A stretch of DNA of 64,000 nucleotides, taken from NCBI GenBank assembly GCA_024137785.1, contig JAHRHZ010000166.1, positions 1,348,917 to 1,412,916 on the forward strand, read 5' to 3'. This DNA comes from Ginglymostoma cirratum (lineage: Eukaryota). Below the pieces are notes generated by a model that was not told the origin of the DNA, searched no databases, and saw nothing but the letters and a program-made list of their open reading frames with translations. Every line of letters starts with the position of its first letter. Position 1 is the stretch's first letter. Below are positions 63,972 to 64,000 of the stretch, piece after piece. The translations under genes were made by a program, and so were the position numbers.

Positions 63972-64000
63972 GGTGGCAAAGTGGCTCAGTGGCTAACACT
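63972..64000 (+). mobile_element. Start of an HE1-type SINE (cut by window end)
   Basis: GGTGGCAAAGTGGCTCAGTGGCTAACACT A-box head. Confidence 0.6.

Overview
Vertebrate genomic DNA, almost certainly a shark or other elasmobranch (inferred from the many HE1-type V-SINEs and CR1/HER1-like LINEs). Most of the window is interspersed repeats: CR1, Rex1-like and L2/CR1-group LINEs, three or four SINE families, Penelope-like elements carrying minimal hammerhead ribozyme cores, solo LTRs, and a decayed Gmr1-type gypsy element with INT-before-RT order. One host gene can be rebuilt by hand on the minus strand with six GT-AG exons: complement join of 44793-44835, 43706-44035, 43319-43618, 41976-42089, 41778-41836 and 40336-40380, giving 891 nt and 296 aa. 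It encodes leader / V domain with a germline-fused J motif (FGKGSKL) / C1-set domain / Cys-containing stalk plus uncharged TM / cytoplasmic tail with TLYAHL. This is a non-rearranging antigen-receptor-like VJ-C1 membrane receptor with an inhibitory-type tyrosine motif. Exon coordinates were read base by base; repeat boundaries are approximate.
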